The position numbers and the translations under genes are program-made. The notes under the pieces were generated by a model. The model did not search any database and was not told where the DNA came from. It saw only the letters and a program-made list of their open reading frames with translations. 64,000 bases of DNA from Saprolegnia diclina VS20 (Eukaryota), in NCBI RefSeq assembly GCF_000281045.1, contig NW_008246138.1:98734-162733 (forward strand). Direction: 5' to 3'. This document shows, one piece after another, positions 24,680-36,885 of this stretch (positions within the stretch are counted from its first letter, which is position 1; every line of letters starts with the position of its first letter).

Positions 24680-25285
24680 TTAGTCGATTGGCAACTGCTG
24701 TGTCGAATTGCGGTCGCTCTCGGTGGGCGACGTGGCGCCAGACGACGGCGGTACTTGTGGCGACGTCGCGCTCGGCTTGGTCTCAGGGCTCTTCTTTGGG
24801 CGCCGGCGCATGCTCGAGATGGATCGGGACGCGGACGAGACGACGCGCTCGAGCGCGAGACGCAGGTACGTCTTTGGCAGCAGGCTCAGCTCGTGTGCCA
24901 GTGTGTTGACCATGAGCGGGTTGTTCACAATCATCGAGTACGTCGATACCCGCGGCTTCTCTTCCCGCGGTGGTGGCACATCCTCGTCCATGGGCGACGC
25001 CGACCCCGAGGACAAACCTTCATGGTCCTTCGCACTGGCAGGGCCAGAGACCGTCGTAGGCTGCAAGAAGACGTTGTTGTTGAGAAAGTTGCCTTCCGAG
25101 TTGCGCCCACGGCCCTTCCTGAAGTACGACTCGCCCGTTGACGGCAACACGGGCACAGACCCTCTTCGCATTTCGGGCTTGGCCGTCGCCTTGCTGGCGG
25201 GCGCCAGCAGGTCGCGGGTCGAGATCGGGTCCACGAGCTCTTCAACGGACGGGCGCGGGGCGTTGCGGCGAAGGAGGATCGGCAT
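24680..25285 (-). CDS. Hypothetical Ser/Pro-rich protein
   Basis: 201 aa ATG-initiated ORF with coding-like codon bias. Confidence 0.55.
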   Translation of the reverse strand: MPILLRRNAPRPSVEELVDPISTRDLLAPASKATAKPEMRRGSVPVLPSTGESYFRKGRGRNSEGNFLNNNVFLQPTTVSGPASAKDHEGLSSGSASPMDEDVPPPREEKPRVSTYSMIVNNPLMVNTLAHELSLLPKTYLRLALERVVSSASRSISSMRRRPKKSPETKPSATSPQVPPSSGATSPTESDRNSTQQLPID

Positions 25286-26255
25286 GGCGGCGGCGAGGAC
25301 GAGGTTGCTGGACGAAGCTCGCGGCCAAAATTCGGGACTGAACTCTTCCGATTACCCAACCCGCGAGCTAAATATTTGTCGCATTTTAATGTTGTCCGGT
25401 TCGTTGTGCTTACAAAAGACAAGTAATAAAATAACCGATGATCGTGAGTAATTGGCGAGCGCCTGGACGTGCCACGTTACCATGTGGCAGGCCACTGGGA
25501 TTTCGCAATTTAATTTGCTACAAAGATCCAGTGGTTTTGCAGCAGTCGTGGCGCACCGCGGTTGCAAGAGGCGCGGGAGCCACCGACGCTACCACCAAGA
25601 AGGACGACGCCAACGAGCGCGCGCAGCATGCGTAGAGCCGCGCAGGTCCTTCCGTCTCTCTCGCCTCCTATAGTCTGTAGTATAATAAAACCGGAGATTC
25701 GATTTACGAGGACATGGCCCGCCTCACGTGGCGTAGGACACGACGGAAGATCGCCGCCGCGTCTGTGTTCCCAGGAAAGGCAATGATCCTTCGCGCTTTG
25801 CACACGTCAACCAGGAGACGAGATACGCGACCTTGCGCCTACAACTCTGTGCTTCGGCCGACTCCATCGCGCTTGGACGCGCATAAAACACCCAATCGAG
25901 TGGCAAGATCTCGGGCAAGTGTCATCCCCCACAATTGATGATGCAAATCCAGTCGCCATTTCTCGCCCGCTGGGTGGCTGTCTCCTGGTCAGTTGCCAGA
26001 CTGGTAGGAATGCGGGGCGGAGAGCCCAAATGGCACCAGACCGCGCTCTCGGAGCTCAAGGACGGACTTCTGGTTTGGTCATCGTGCTACTACGGCAACT
26101 CAGACTGCGTTTTTCGACTCCAGGCTGCCTTTGCCGGAATCCGGAGAGGAGGGTTGCGTGGTTTTAGACATACACGAATCAAGTGGTATGGATTGGTTGG
26201 GGCGCGTCGTTTCATTGGTCGGTTTGGTTGGAGTCCTAAAGTCCAATTTGCCGAG

Positions 26256-26704
26256 ATGTCCAAGCCGTCGTTCGCTGCGCCAGTGCCCCAGAGCGCCCGT
26301 ACGCCCGCCGCCGCCATGGCTCACCGCGTCGATCTGACCATAGCTCTGTGCACTAGTGCTCTCGAAGCTCCAGGCGTTCCTGCCCCAAATGGAGAAGCAG
26401 AACGAGATCCTCGCCAAGGATCTCGCGACGGGCCAAGCGACCAAATACAACATTGAAGTCGCCGAGGAAGACCCGGAGAAGCAAGTCATCGAGATGGTAT
26501 GAACGTGATGCTATTGGAGCATGGATCTCATTGCGCTCGTAGAACTTTGCCTTGAGCATTCTCAACGAAGATTCGGACAGCGACGATAGCAGCGACGACG
26601 ACGAACGCGAGATCCAGCTCAAGCCGTCGGCCGCTGCGCCGCGTGACATTCGTATCACAGCACCGACGAGCAAGCCGTCGCCGCTCATCCAAGAACTAAG
26701 TTAA
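26256..26704 (+). CDS. NOPCHAP1: NOP chaperone 1 / DUF4598-like protein (3 exons)
   Basis: Spliced LLSKLQAFLPQMEKQNEIL...YNIEV...QVIEMNFALSIL, an acidic tract and a PLIQEL C-terminus. Confidence 0.7.
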
Positions 26705-26864
26705 TTGACCACTACCACTCCTGTATACATACATCGGAGGAAACATCCTCATGAGAATGCACCTGTGCCAGTTCGCATGGCATCCCAGGGCTGGTGTGTG
26801 CCACTAGCTCTGTGTTTGTGTGGCCACCGTCCAGCACGTAACTGCAACTGGGTCCGAGATTGGC

Positions 26865-29517
26865 ATGGGCGACCCCACCTTTCGAGTGGCAGCCAACTTT
26901 GCCGCGCTCTTTGCTCAAAAGAGCGAAAATGACCAAGATATCGTGGCACAGCAGGTGAAGGAGCTCGATGAAGCCGGGCTCTTCCGGCTCGTGACGGCCA
27001 ACGACGTGCCGGGCACGCTTGCACACCTCGCGACGGCCGAGACGGACCTCGCCAAGCGCGACATTGTGGGCGCGACCCCGCTCCTGATTGCGTTTCTGTA
27101 TCAGCACTTTGGCCTTGGTCAAGCCATCATCGAGGCGTTCCCAGGTACACGCAAGCTCCTTCGCCTCTATTCATTCTCACCCTCGACAACTCGATGCGAT
27201 GCAGTCGAGAAGGGCTATCCATACGCGCTCATGACGTACGAAGACCGAGGTAGCGCCGTGTCGCCGTACCGCGGAGAGAACGCGCTGCACATTGCGATCG
27301 TCCACCGCAACATAGACATTGTCGATTGGCTAGTGCAACGTGTGCCCGACCTCTTGGTAGACGGCGTAGAAATCATTGCGCTTAGTTTCGCGGGCTAGGA
27401 CGCCGAGACGACCGGCTCCTTCTTCGCACCGGGCATGCCGTGCTACCTCGGCGGAACACCACTGCTCTTTGCCTTGGCGAGTCACTTGCTTCCGGCCGCG
27501 ACCATCATCTTGGCGGCTGCCAAGAAGGCGCCTGCTGGGTCGCCAGCCGCCAAGACCTCCATCATGATGAGTGACGGCTTTGGCAACAACGCACTGCACC
27601 TCGCTGTCGTCCACGACCTGCCGGACGTCTATGACTTTGCCATCAAGCACGCCATGGCGCTCTACCCGTACGCGTGTCCCGTCCGGTTCGAGCCAACGAG
27701 CGCGGCGCCGTACGACCTTCCAGCGTTTCTGAAGCAGCTCTACGGCAAGGACAAAACCGCGTTCAGCCAATTCCTGAGCCGACCGAATGGCGATTTTCTG
27801 TGCGGCCACGTCCTTTGACGCCGCCTCTCAGTCGCGAATGACGTAGGAGCCCGCTGACGATGGCCGCCGCCATGGGCAAAAGCACCATGTTCCAGCATAT
27901 TCTGAGCGCCCAGACCACGACGGCGTGGATGTATGGTCCCGTGACCGCGAAAATGATTCCGCTCCGCGAACTCGAAGAGCCGTACGACGCCGATCCCAAG
28001 CACGCCCCCGCGACGGTACGTGTCGACATGGCAAACGTTGAGAGCCAAGATTGTGCTGGTGCTAGCGCCTCTGCAAGACTGCCATTGAGTGCCTCTGCTC
28101 GTACCGACGGCTCTCGTGCTGCATCCCCATTGCAGCCACCAGCGTAGGCACGGGCTCTCTCTTCGTGTCGCCAAGCTTGTGTGACGCTAGGACACCCTGG
28201 AGGCGCGGCTCAACCTCCTCAGCACCTTTGAGGTCAAGACGCTCATCGATAAAAAGTGGGCCTTTGTCGGCGGCGCTTTGTTTCATCGCGCGTGCGTTCG
28301 CCACGTTCTGTACACACTCGTGCTCACCGCGTCGACGCTGGCGACAGACCATTATCGCCACCACCCGTTCAGCGTGCGGCGCGGCGGCTTCTCGCTGCTC
28401 GCCGATCTCTACATCCTCGTCGAGACATATGCCAAGGTTGCGCGCGAAGTCCGCGAGATCCGAGAGCACGGTCCATCGCCATCTCCATCACAAAGTCTCA
28501 AGAAGCGCGTAGGCGTCCGTGACTACTGGCACGACACGGGTGCGGCCTTGGTCGACAATGTACTCAAGCTCAGCCAAGTGGTCATGGTCACCGGCGCGGT
28601 GATCGCCCGTCTTCAGCGCCAGTTTGAGTGGGAAGACTGCTTCGTGGCTGGCGCGCTCCTTGGCGCGTACATGCACATGCTCTTCTTCCTCTACGGGTTT
28701 CGGCGAACGGGTGCCTTCATTGTCATGCTGCACCGTATGCTCTTCTCGGACGCCGTCCGCTTCACGCTTGTCTACGTCTCGATTCTCCTCGGTTTTGGCA
28801 CGAGCTTATATGTGATCGTCGATGCACGCGATGGGCCCGGCCCACTCGGCGATCGGCTAAAGTCGCTCATCCTCGCGGCCTTCGCAGCGACGTTTTCGTT
28901 TGACGAGTACCGGCTCAGCCGCATGCCGATCCCCGCGCAGCTCTTCATCTTTGCGTACATGGTGCTGGTCGTGATCGTGCTCATCAACCTCTTGATTGCC
29001 ATGTCATTCTCTGAATGAAGCGAGTGCATCTGACGGAATTCGTAGGATGGGCAACACGTACGACAGCATCATCGATGGCGCCGAGCAGCGCTGGTACGCC
29101 GAGCGTGTCAACATCATGAGCAGTCTTGCGACGGGAGTTACTCGCGACGCCGTCGCGCGAAGCCGGCTCAAGTATGCCGTCGAGCTCGGCCATGGGCCCG
29201 CCAAGGAGCGATACCTGCAAGTGGAGCTCGTTGATGTTGAGAAATGGCGGACGCCTCCGCTTGAGCCACCCGACGAGCCGCTGCTGCCACCGAAACCAGT
29301 TCTGATTTCTGTTGCAACGCAAACGCAAGCGTGGCGTCCAGTCCGAATGGCCAATGCGACGACCAACACCCCTCGGCTACGACAAGCAACGCACCACAAA
29401 AAGGAGTCCACGCCGCGGCGTGCAGAGGTGACACCCGAGACGCTTGTGCCGCTGCAGCACGTTGTTCACGGCCCGCTGCGTCGACGTCTAGGCCAGCAAG
29501 AGCACGAGCGATCGTAG
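26865..29517 (+). CDS. TRPV-like channel, copy 1 (ankyrin repeats + 6TM), multi-exon
   Basis: YRGENALHIAIVHRN, CYLGGTPLLFA, DGFGNNALHLAV, WMYGPVT, LIDKKW, YGFRRTGAFIVML, DAVRFTLVY, LINLLIAM|MGNTY...WYAER; start uncertain. Confidence 0.85.
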
Positions 29518-29698
29518 TGGCGATATACGATCGTGATAAATCTTTGGAATGATCAACACTGACGCCGTGTTGTCACGCTCAAGTTTGTCGGTTTCACGTC
29601 AAGCTTGTCGCTGACGCTGCCACGTCACGGATCCAGATATATCATATCTGAGTTTGGATCGCTAAATTCGGCGCCAGACCCGTTTTCCGTTTTGGGCC

Positions 29699-29758
29699 AT
29701 GGACCGCGTCCTATCGCACGTGAGTGGTATGGACCGCGTGCTATCGCGCGTGAGTGGC
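29699..29758 (+). repeat. 30-bp direct tandem duplication of the first 10 codons of TRPV-like copy 2
   Basis: atggaccgcgtcctatcgcacgtgagtggt / atggaccgcgtgctatcgcgcgtgagtggc (MDRVLSHVSG MDRVLSRVSG). Confidence 0.85.
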
Positions 29759-32594
29759 GGTCGCGTCGGCAGCATCCACGTGACGTACGAGAACGACAAC
29801 GACATTGTGGCGCGGCAGTTTGCCGAGAACCTCACAGGCGTCTTTCGCCTCGTACTCAGCAACGACCTTCCCGGCACGCTTCGGCACCTCAAGGACCGCC
29901 CGGAGGATCTCTATAAGCGCGACATTGTCGGTGCGACGCCGGTACTGCTCGCATACCTCACCAAGCGCTTTGAGCTGGGCCAAGCGATCATTGCCGAGTG
30001 CCCCGGTTCGAGATGCACATGATCCTTGATGTATGTTACAAGCATGCATTAGGCCTCAAGGACAACAAGCAGCAGTTGCTGACGTACGAAGACCGCGACG
30101 ACAACATTTCGCCGTACCGCGGAGAAAACGTGCTGCACATTGCTATCGTCCACCGCAACGTCGAGGCCATCCAGTGGCTCGTCGATCGAATCCCGGACCT
30201 TCTTGTATCTAGCGTTAGAGCTACGCCAGTTCTAACATGGCCTAGGACGCCGAAACGACCGGGTCGTTCTTCGCGCCGGGGATGCTCTGCTACTTGGGCG
30301 GGACGCCGTTCCTCTTTGCAATGGCTTCCAAGCTCGTGGACGGCGCCAAAGTCATTTTAGCAGCGGCCAAGAAGGCGCCTGCTGGGTCGCCGGCCGCCAA
30401 GACCTCCATTTCAATGACTGACCGGTTTGGCAACAACGCGCTGCACCTCGCGGTCGTCCACGACCTTCCAGACGTCTACGACTTTGCGATCAAGTACGCC
30501 ATGTTGGCGTACCCGTACGCGTGTCCACCGGGCTTTACGGTCGACGCCAGCACCTACGACCTCCCGAGCTTCCTCAAGCAGCTCCAGCCCGTGGACAAGA
30601 CGTCGTTCAATCGGTTTTTGCGCCAGTACAACGATGATTATCTGTAAATCACCGCTACAAAGAGTCAAGGCGGGTCATTTGGTGCGTAGAACACCCCTGA
30701 CGCTCGCTGCGGCCATGGGCAAGACGACCATGTTCCAACACCAAATGATGCAGCAGACGACGACCGCGTGGGTCTACGGCCCCGTCACCGCCAAGATGAT
30801 CCCGCTGCGCGACTTTGAGGAGCGATACTACATCAAAACAAAGACACCGAGCGGGCCCAAGAACGGCGCCGCAGTGCTACCTGCCGGCGCGTCCGAGGTG
30901 CCCCACTTGGTCGATACCTGGATATAGGATATATCCATGCGTGTGGATAGCTGCTCGCCGATTTGGATACAACGAGCGGTCGAACTGCCGTCGAGTGCCT
31001 CTGCTCGTACTACATGCTCTCCAAGTGCATTCCCAAGACAGCCACAGCCCAAGAAGTTCAACAAACCATTTCGTCGAGTGCGTTGACGAGCACACGCGTA
31101 GGCAACGATGCGCGGTCGCCTCGAGCTCATCAGTACCTACGAAGTCAAGACGCTCCTTGATAAGAAATGGAAGTTTGTCGGTCTCGCCAAGTACGACAGC
31201 ACGATCGATGAGATCGGTTGTTGACAATTTCGCCGCAGGTTTCGCCGGGCTTTACTGCGCCACATCCTCTTTACGACGATCTTTACGGGCTCGACGCTCT
31301 TCTCGAGCCACTACCGCGACGGCTCGACGACGCTCGACGACGCGTGGGTCCTCGTGCTCTTCGAGTGTTACGTCATCTTGGAGATCGCGACGCACTTGGT
31401 TCGCGAGCTCCGTGAAATGTGGCACCACGGTACTGTACTCTCTTCGACTCTTGTCTTGGCTGAGGCGTATTCGTACAGGCTGGCGGTCGTACACGGAGGA
31501 CTCGGGCGCCGCCATGGTCGACAACGTCCTCAAAGGCGCCCTCGTGCTCTTGATTGTGGCCGCCGGTATCTCCCGCGCGGCTGGCAACTTCGTCACCGAA
31601 GACGGCTTTGTCGCCAGCGCGATCCTGTGCTCGTATCTCTACATGTTTTTCTTCCTGTACGGGTTCCGCACCACGGGGCCGTTCGTCGTGATGCTCCGGC
31701 GCATGCTCTTGACGGACGTCGTCCGCTTCGTGCTCGTGTTTGCGTCGATTCTCATGGGCTTCGCTTCCGCCTTGTACGTGGTCGTCGACGCCCGGGGAGG
31801 CGCCAACATCTTTCTCAACCGCATCAAATCACTCCTCCTCGCGGCCTTTGCAGCGACGTTTTCGTTTGACGAGTACCGGCTCAGCCGCATGCCGATCCCC
31901 GCGCAGCTCTTCATCTTTGTCTACATGGTGCTGGTCGTGATCGTGCTCATCAACCTCTTGATTGCCATGTACTTCCGCCGCCTTCGTACTCTCGAGGGAC
32001 TCATGATCGTCCTCTAGGATGGGCTATTCCTACGACAGCATCATCGACTTTGCCGAGCAGCGGTGGTACGCCGAGCGCGCCAACATCATGGGCAGCATGG
32101 CGAACGGTCAGTCGGTCACGGAGCGCTCGGCCGATCGGCTCAAGTACGCCGTGAGCCTCGATGTGGGCGGAGAGACCGAGCGCTTCATCCAAGTCGAGTT
32201 TCTCGACATGAAAGCGTGGCGGGGCAACTCGGAGAAGCAGCAGGACGCCAAGGACGAAGAGAAAGATGGCATTCGCAACGACGACGTGACCGAGATCAGC
32301 GCGCCGTTCGAGGCCAAGAACCCGTCGACACCGCGTCGCCTTCAGGGACCGCCAGCGCTTTTAGAGGTCGATGAAGACCGAGAGCAAGACAAGAAGGACG
32401 AAGACGACGCGATCGAGAGCGGGACGATTGCAGGCCTCGAAGCAACTCTGGCGCGGCTCTCGCACGGCCTCATCAAGCATTTCAGCGACGAAGCCAGCCT
32501 GGGCGACGAAGATCCCGTGAGCCGTGAAGCGCTCGTGCTCGGCCACGTCGCCAAGATCAAGGAGCTCCTCGGCGCCGTCCACACCTTCGAATAG
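29699..32594 (+). CDS. TRPV-like channel, copy 2 (tandem paralog), multi-exon
   Basis: YRGENVLHIAIVHRN, CYLGGTPFLFA, WVYGPVT, LLDKKW, YGFRTTGPFVVML, LINLLIAM|MGYSY...WYAER; same intron position after LIAM as copy 1. Confidence 0.85.
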
Positions 32595-32788
32595 CCTGGT
32601 GTCACTTTGTGGTATTGTGTATACAACTTGTCGTTGAATCTTTATACACAATTACGTTTTTGCACCAAGGATCTATCCAATACACGATCCAATTTGGATA
32701 AATCCATTCGTTTGGCTCTAAGTCGGAACTCGTGGATCGCACGAAACAGCTCGGTGACAGTTGCCAAGCGAACGGTTCAACGGCGACG

Positions 32789-33838
32789 ATGGAGAAGATG
32801 GAGCTCGTGACGACGGCGGACGGCGTGACGTGGCAGGACCGCGAGATCCGCTTTGATATTTCGTCGTCCGCGACGGAGCTGCGGAAAGGCGAGGTCGCGA
32901 TCGACTCGATCAACTCGGTCGAGGACACCAAGGGCAACAACGGCGACCGCGGGTCGCTCGAGATCACCAACCTGCGCCTGCTGTGGGCTTCGCACCGCTC
33001 GGCGCGCACGAACCTCAGCATCGGCTACTCATGCATACAGTCGGTCAAGATCCGCACCGCCACTTCCAAGCTCCGCGGCTCGACGCAGGCTCTGTACATC
33101 ATGACCAAGTACGCCAACTCGCGCTTTGAGTTCATCTTTACGTCGCTCGTGAAAGCGAGTCCGCGCCTCTTTACGACGGTCCAAGCCGTCTTTCGGTCGT
33201 ACGAGACGACCAAATTGTACCGCGATCTCAAGCTCCGGGGCGCGATCATCGCCGACAAGGAGCTCCGGTTGCTGCCGCACGAGCAAGTGTACACCAAGGT
33301 CATTGGCGTCTGGAACCTCAGCTCGGACCAAGGCAACCTCGGCACGTTCTTCGTCACCAACATCCGCGTCGTGTGGCACGCCAACCTCGCGGAGAACTTC
33401 AACGTGAGCATGCCGTACATGCAGATCAAGTCGGCGCGCATCCGCAACTCCAAGTTTGGGCCCGCGCTCGTCATCGAGACGTCGGCCGGCTCGGGCGGCT
33501 ACGTCCTCGGCTTCCGAGTCGACCCAGAAGAGAAGCTGCGGGAGCTCTTCAAGGAGATCAAGAGCCTCCACGCTGTCTTCTCGGTCAACCCGATCTACGG
33601 CGTCGACTATGCGATCGAAGACAAGCCGGCGTCGCTCGATTTGCTCAAGCAGCCGCGCAAGGTCGACGACGTCGAGATTGTGCAGGAAGAGTCGAGCTCC
33701 ATTGACGCCTTTGCAGCCTACTACGCCGCCGCCAACAAGAACCAGGACCGCCCGCCTGTCTTCTGCAAGGACATTGGCCTCGCGGTCGAGAGCCTCCCGG
33801 AGGGCATCGCGCTCGGCGACCTCTGGTACGTCAACTGA
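32789..33838 (+). CDS. BBS5: Bardet-Biedl syndrome 5 protein (BBSome subunit)
   Basis: [85 protein letters not shown]; intronless. Confidence 0.97.
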   Translation: MEKMELVTTADGVTWQDREIRFDISSSATELRKGEVAIDSINSVEDTKGNNGDRGSLEITNLRLLWASHRSARTNLSIGYSCIQSVKIRTATSKLRGSTQALYIMTKYANSRFEFIFTSLVKASPRLFTTVQAVFRSYETTKLYRDLKLRGAIIADKELRLLPHEQVYTKVIGVWNLSSDQGNLGTFFVTNIRVVWHANLAENFNVSMPYMQIKSARIRNSKFGPALVIETSAGSGGYVLGFRVDPEEKLRELFKEIKSLHAVFSVNPIYGVDYAIEDKPASLDLLKQPRKVDDVEIVQEESSSIDAFAAYYAAANKNQDRPPVFCKDIGLAVESLPEGIALGDLWYVN

Positions 33839-33885
33839 AGACCGAGTGCGAATATAGCATGTTGGGTATAACTACAATGACCTGA

Positions 33886-34655
33886 TTACGAACGCGGCGT
33901 GGCGCGGACGATGCGAATGTCGTCGCGGGGCCTACATGAGCACGCTATGTGAGATGCAGGTGCATGAGTCTCGTCGTACTTGTCGTTGGCGCCGGTCTGG
34001 ACGAGGCCCATCCGCTTGATGACGCCCATGCCCTCCGAGATACGGCCAAAGACCGTGTGCTTACCTACAAGAGATAGCGTGCATGAGCTCTTCTTGGCGT
34101 CGGCAAGAAGGTAGCACCATCAAGCCACGGGGTTGGCGCGAGCGTGATGAAGAACTGGCTGCCGTTCGTGTTGGGACCAGCGTTCGCCTAACGACGACGT
34201 ATATGCACTGGTGCTGGCAGCAAGGATGTACGAATACCATGGAGAGGACGCCAGCGCCAGTGTGCTTGAGGTCGCGCGAGATCTCGTCCTCGAACTTGCC
34301 ACTACCGCAAGAAGAGCCATGACGTTGCATTGCTTGAGGCTAGGCGTCGTACCCGTAGATGGATTCACCACCGCGGCCCGTTCCGGTCGGATCGCCGCCT
34401 TGGATCATAAAGTCCTGCAAGGCGTAAGCATGGTGGTCCGAGCGCAAGCCGTGTACCTTGATGATGCGATGGAAGATCGTGTTGTCGTAGTAACCACGCC
34501 GGGCGAGCTCGGTGATGTTCTTGCACGTGCGCGGTGCATGCTGCGTGTACAGCTCCATGGTGAAGGTACCCTTCACATACAGACGTCAACCTCACAGCGC
34601 AAGCTTCCATCATGGCGAGTACCATGGTCGTCTCAAAGTCCACGTACGCGGCCAT
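33886..34655 (-). CDS. PPIL1: Cyclophilin-type peptidyl-prolyl isomerase-like 1 (spliceosomal), multi-exon
   Basis: [85 protein letters not shown]. Confidence 0.92.
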
Positions 34656-35184
34656 CGTGCTTCCTTGGTCGCTTGCTGGTGCAGGAATGGAATGTGGCCT
34701 TCGACGCCATTTTGGCCAATCATACACGGTGAAAGCGCTCTTTTTGGCCAATCAACTTGGTGTTTGATTTTTCTCTTGATTAAAATCGTATCAGTGTTTG
34801 TAAACCACAAGTCAATTTTTATAGTTATGCGCGGAAGTGGCACCATGTGGCTAAATGTGGCATATGCCATCATATTGTGCTTGGCCCATTGGACTTGATC
34901 CAGACATCAAACGCCGACGTGCCGTGGTGATTCATGATCTACAACTTGCCCTTTATCATATAGGCAAGTTTGGTCGACTTCATTTTTCAGCGAGATTTGG
35001 TCGATCGATAAGCTGCCTTCGGCGCTGTCAATCACCTAGTCGCGTAAGATTGGCTTAAAGTACGAAGAAAATGGCCAATCACATGTATTTGATTTTATAA
35101 AGTATTGCATAGTGATATCGAGTTGCAAATTTACTTTTAATTTATTATACTACCTCGCAGCTTCCCAAAAACCGACAGTCGCCG

Positions 35185-35778
35185 ATGGAGACGAGTACGC
35201 GCCGCCACCGCTCCAGGTCCCGGTCCCAATCCGAGCCGCGATCCAGGTCCAGGTCGCGCAGCGCATCTGTTGGCCGCCGGCGCCGGTCCCGACGCAGCCG
35301 TAGCCGCAGTGGCAGCCGCAGCGACAGCCGTGAAAACCGCCATGGGAACGTGTCACCGTCGCCCGACCGGAGGCGGAAGAAGGAGAAGAAGGAGAAGAAG
35401 CGCAAGCACAAGAAGGAAAAGTCCAAGAAACGCCATCCCGACAGCGCGCCGTCGTCGCCTCGCATCCGTGACTCGGGCAACGTGTTTGACGCCTTTGCGC
35501 GCGCCGACGAGCCGGACGCACCGGCCGCCGCCGCAGTACCAGCACCGGCGTCGACGAAGCGTGATTTCTTCGCGCAGCTCAAGCACCAAGAGTCTGGCAA
35601 GGAGATGATTGGCACCGTTCATGCATCCGGACGCAAAGTAGAGAGTGCGACGTCGATCCTCGCGCCTGGCAACGACAACTGGGACTGCGTCAAGCCTGGG
35701 TGCAGCAACAGCAACATGAAGAAGGCACTTTCGTGCATGAAGTGTGGCGCCATGCGCCGCATCTCAGCGTGGCGGTAG
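35185..35778 (+). CDS. RS-rich protein with C-terminal RanBP2-type zinc finger
   Basis: RS repeats, a KKEKKEKKRKHKKEK tract and WDCVKPGCSNSNMKKALSCMKCG. Confidence 0.8.
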   Translation: METSTRRHRSRSRSQSEPRSRSRSRSASVGRRRRSRRSRSRSGSRSDSRENRHGNVSPSPDRRRKKEKKEKKRKHKKEKSKKRHPDSAPSSPRIRDSGNVFDAFARADEPDAPAAAAVPAPASTKRDFFAQLKHQESGKEMIGTVHASGRKVESATSILAPGNDNWDCVKPGCSNSNMKKALSCMKCGAMRRISAWR

Positions 35779-36145
35779 GCCGATGAAGCGCAGTACAGTA
35801 CACACAGAGGCGCGCTTCTGTGGGCATTGCCCAACCGTGTACTACTCGTCATGACCAAGAAGAATGGATGGCTAGATTGCCAGATCAATGAATGGGGTCA
35901 CTTCTCTCAACCCACATATGCACATACATATCTCTTTCGTGTTGATCTTGGGCTTCTTGACAAGCTGTGAGGAACTTGCGTTGTGGGGAATGAGAATAGG
36001 GTAGTTCCGCCATCAATGTCGGTCCTCAACGGTCTAGATTGAGGTCCCGGTGCCTGGAATCTCTGTGATAAATGCTCAAGAATGCATCGGTGCATGCAAC
36101 GTCTCGGCAGCAAATAGCATCACCTTGATAGCGCTGGTGTCGAGC

Positions 36146-36332
36146 NNNNNNNNNNNNNNNNNNNNNNNNNNNNNNNNNNNNNNNNNNNNNNNNNNNNNNN
36201 NNNNNNNNNNNNNNNNNNNNNNNNNNNNNNNNNNNNNNNNNNNNNNNNNNNNNNNNNNNNNNNNNNNNNNNNNNNNNNNNNNNNNNNNNNNNNNNNNNNN
36301 NNNNNNNNNNNNNNNNNNNNNNNNNNNNNNNN
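36146..36332. other. Assembly gap (N run) flanked by an identical 48-bp sequence on both sides
   Basis: aacgtctcggcagcaaatagcatcaccttgatagcgctggtgtcgagc at 36098-36145 and 36333-36380. Confidence 0.95.
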
Positions 36333-36885
36333 AACGTCTCGGCAGCAAATAGCATCACCTTGATAGCGCTGGTGTCGAGCAAATCGCCATGCCGCGTTAT
36401 ATGGGGAACCCTTGACATGCACCTGATAGCTGCACCTGATATACACCTGGTAAATATGGCAGTGTTGGACTATTTATGGCTTTTGCCAGAAATAATCAGG
36501 AAATGGCGCGCTGCTCCCGCTGTAGACTTCGGCCGTCGATGAAACGTAGCGCCCCGTGCCCTCTGATGTGTTTAATACCACTGGACCAAGTCTTGGCGAT
36601 TTCGTTTTCGATGACGTTCCTGCGGTCGCACAGCCTTGCCTGCGTGGCGGCATTGCTTTGCCCGCGACACGATTGGCTGATAAGATCAATAAAGTGGCCA
36701 ATTAGAGACCGAAGCAGGTTTTGATTGACGAACCTGAGCTCCAGCCTGAGCTCCAGCGACGTTGATGTTCGCGCTGCCTACTAGTACCGCGGTGCAAGCT
36801 GCGATGCGAGAGGTCTCGAGTGTATACAGAGCAAAGAGAAATGTATGGACTAGGCTAGGATGTTGTTGCTATGACTAAACACTGC

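Noticed and set aside
32760..32773. X-box-like GTTGCCAAGCGAAC upstream of BBS5
   Set aside because: Imperfect match, not seen upstream of CEP41 or the ARL6-like gene, and RFX control is not expected in this lineage.
36098..36380. 48-bp direct repeat around the N run, suggestive of an insertion with terminal repeats or a CRISPR-like unit
   Set aside because: The copies abut the gap on both sides, which is the signature of overlapping contig ends rather than a biological repeat.
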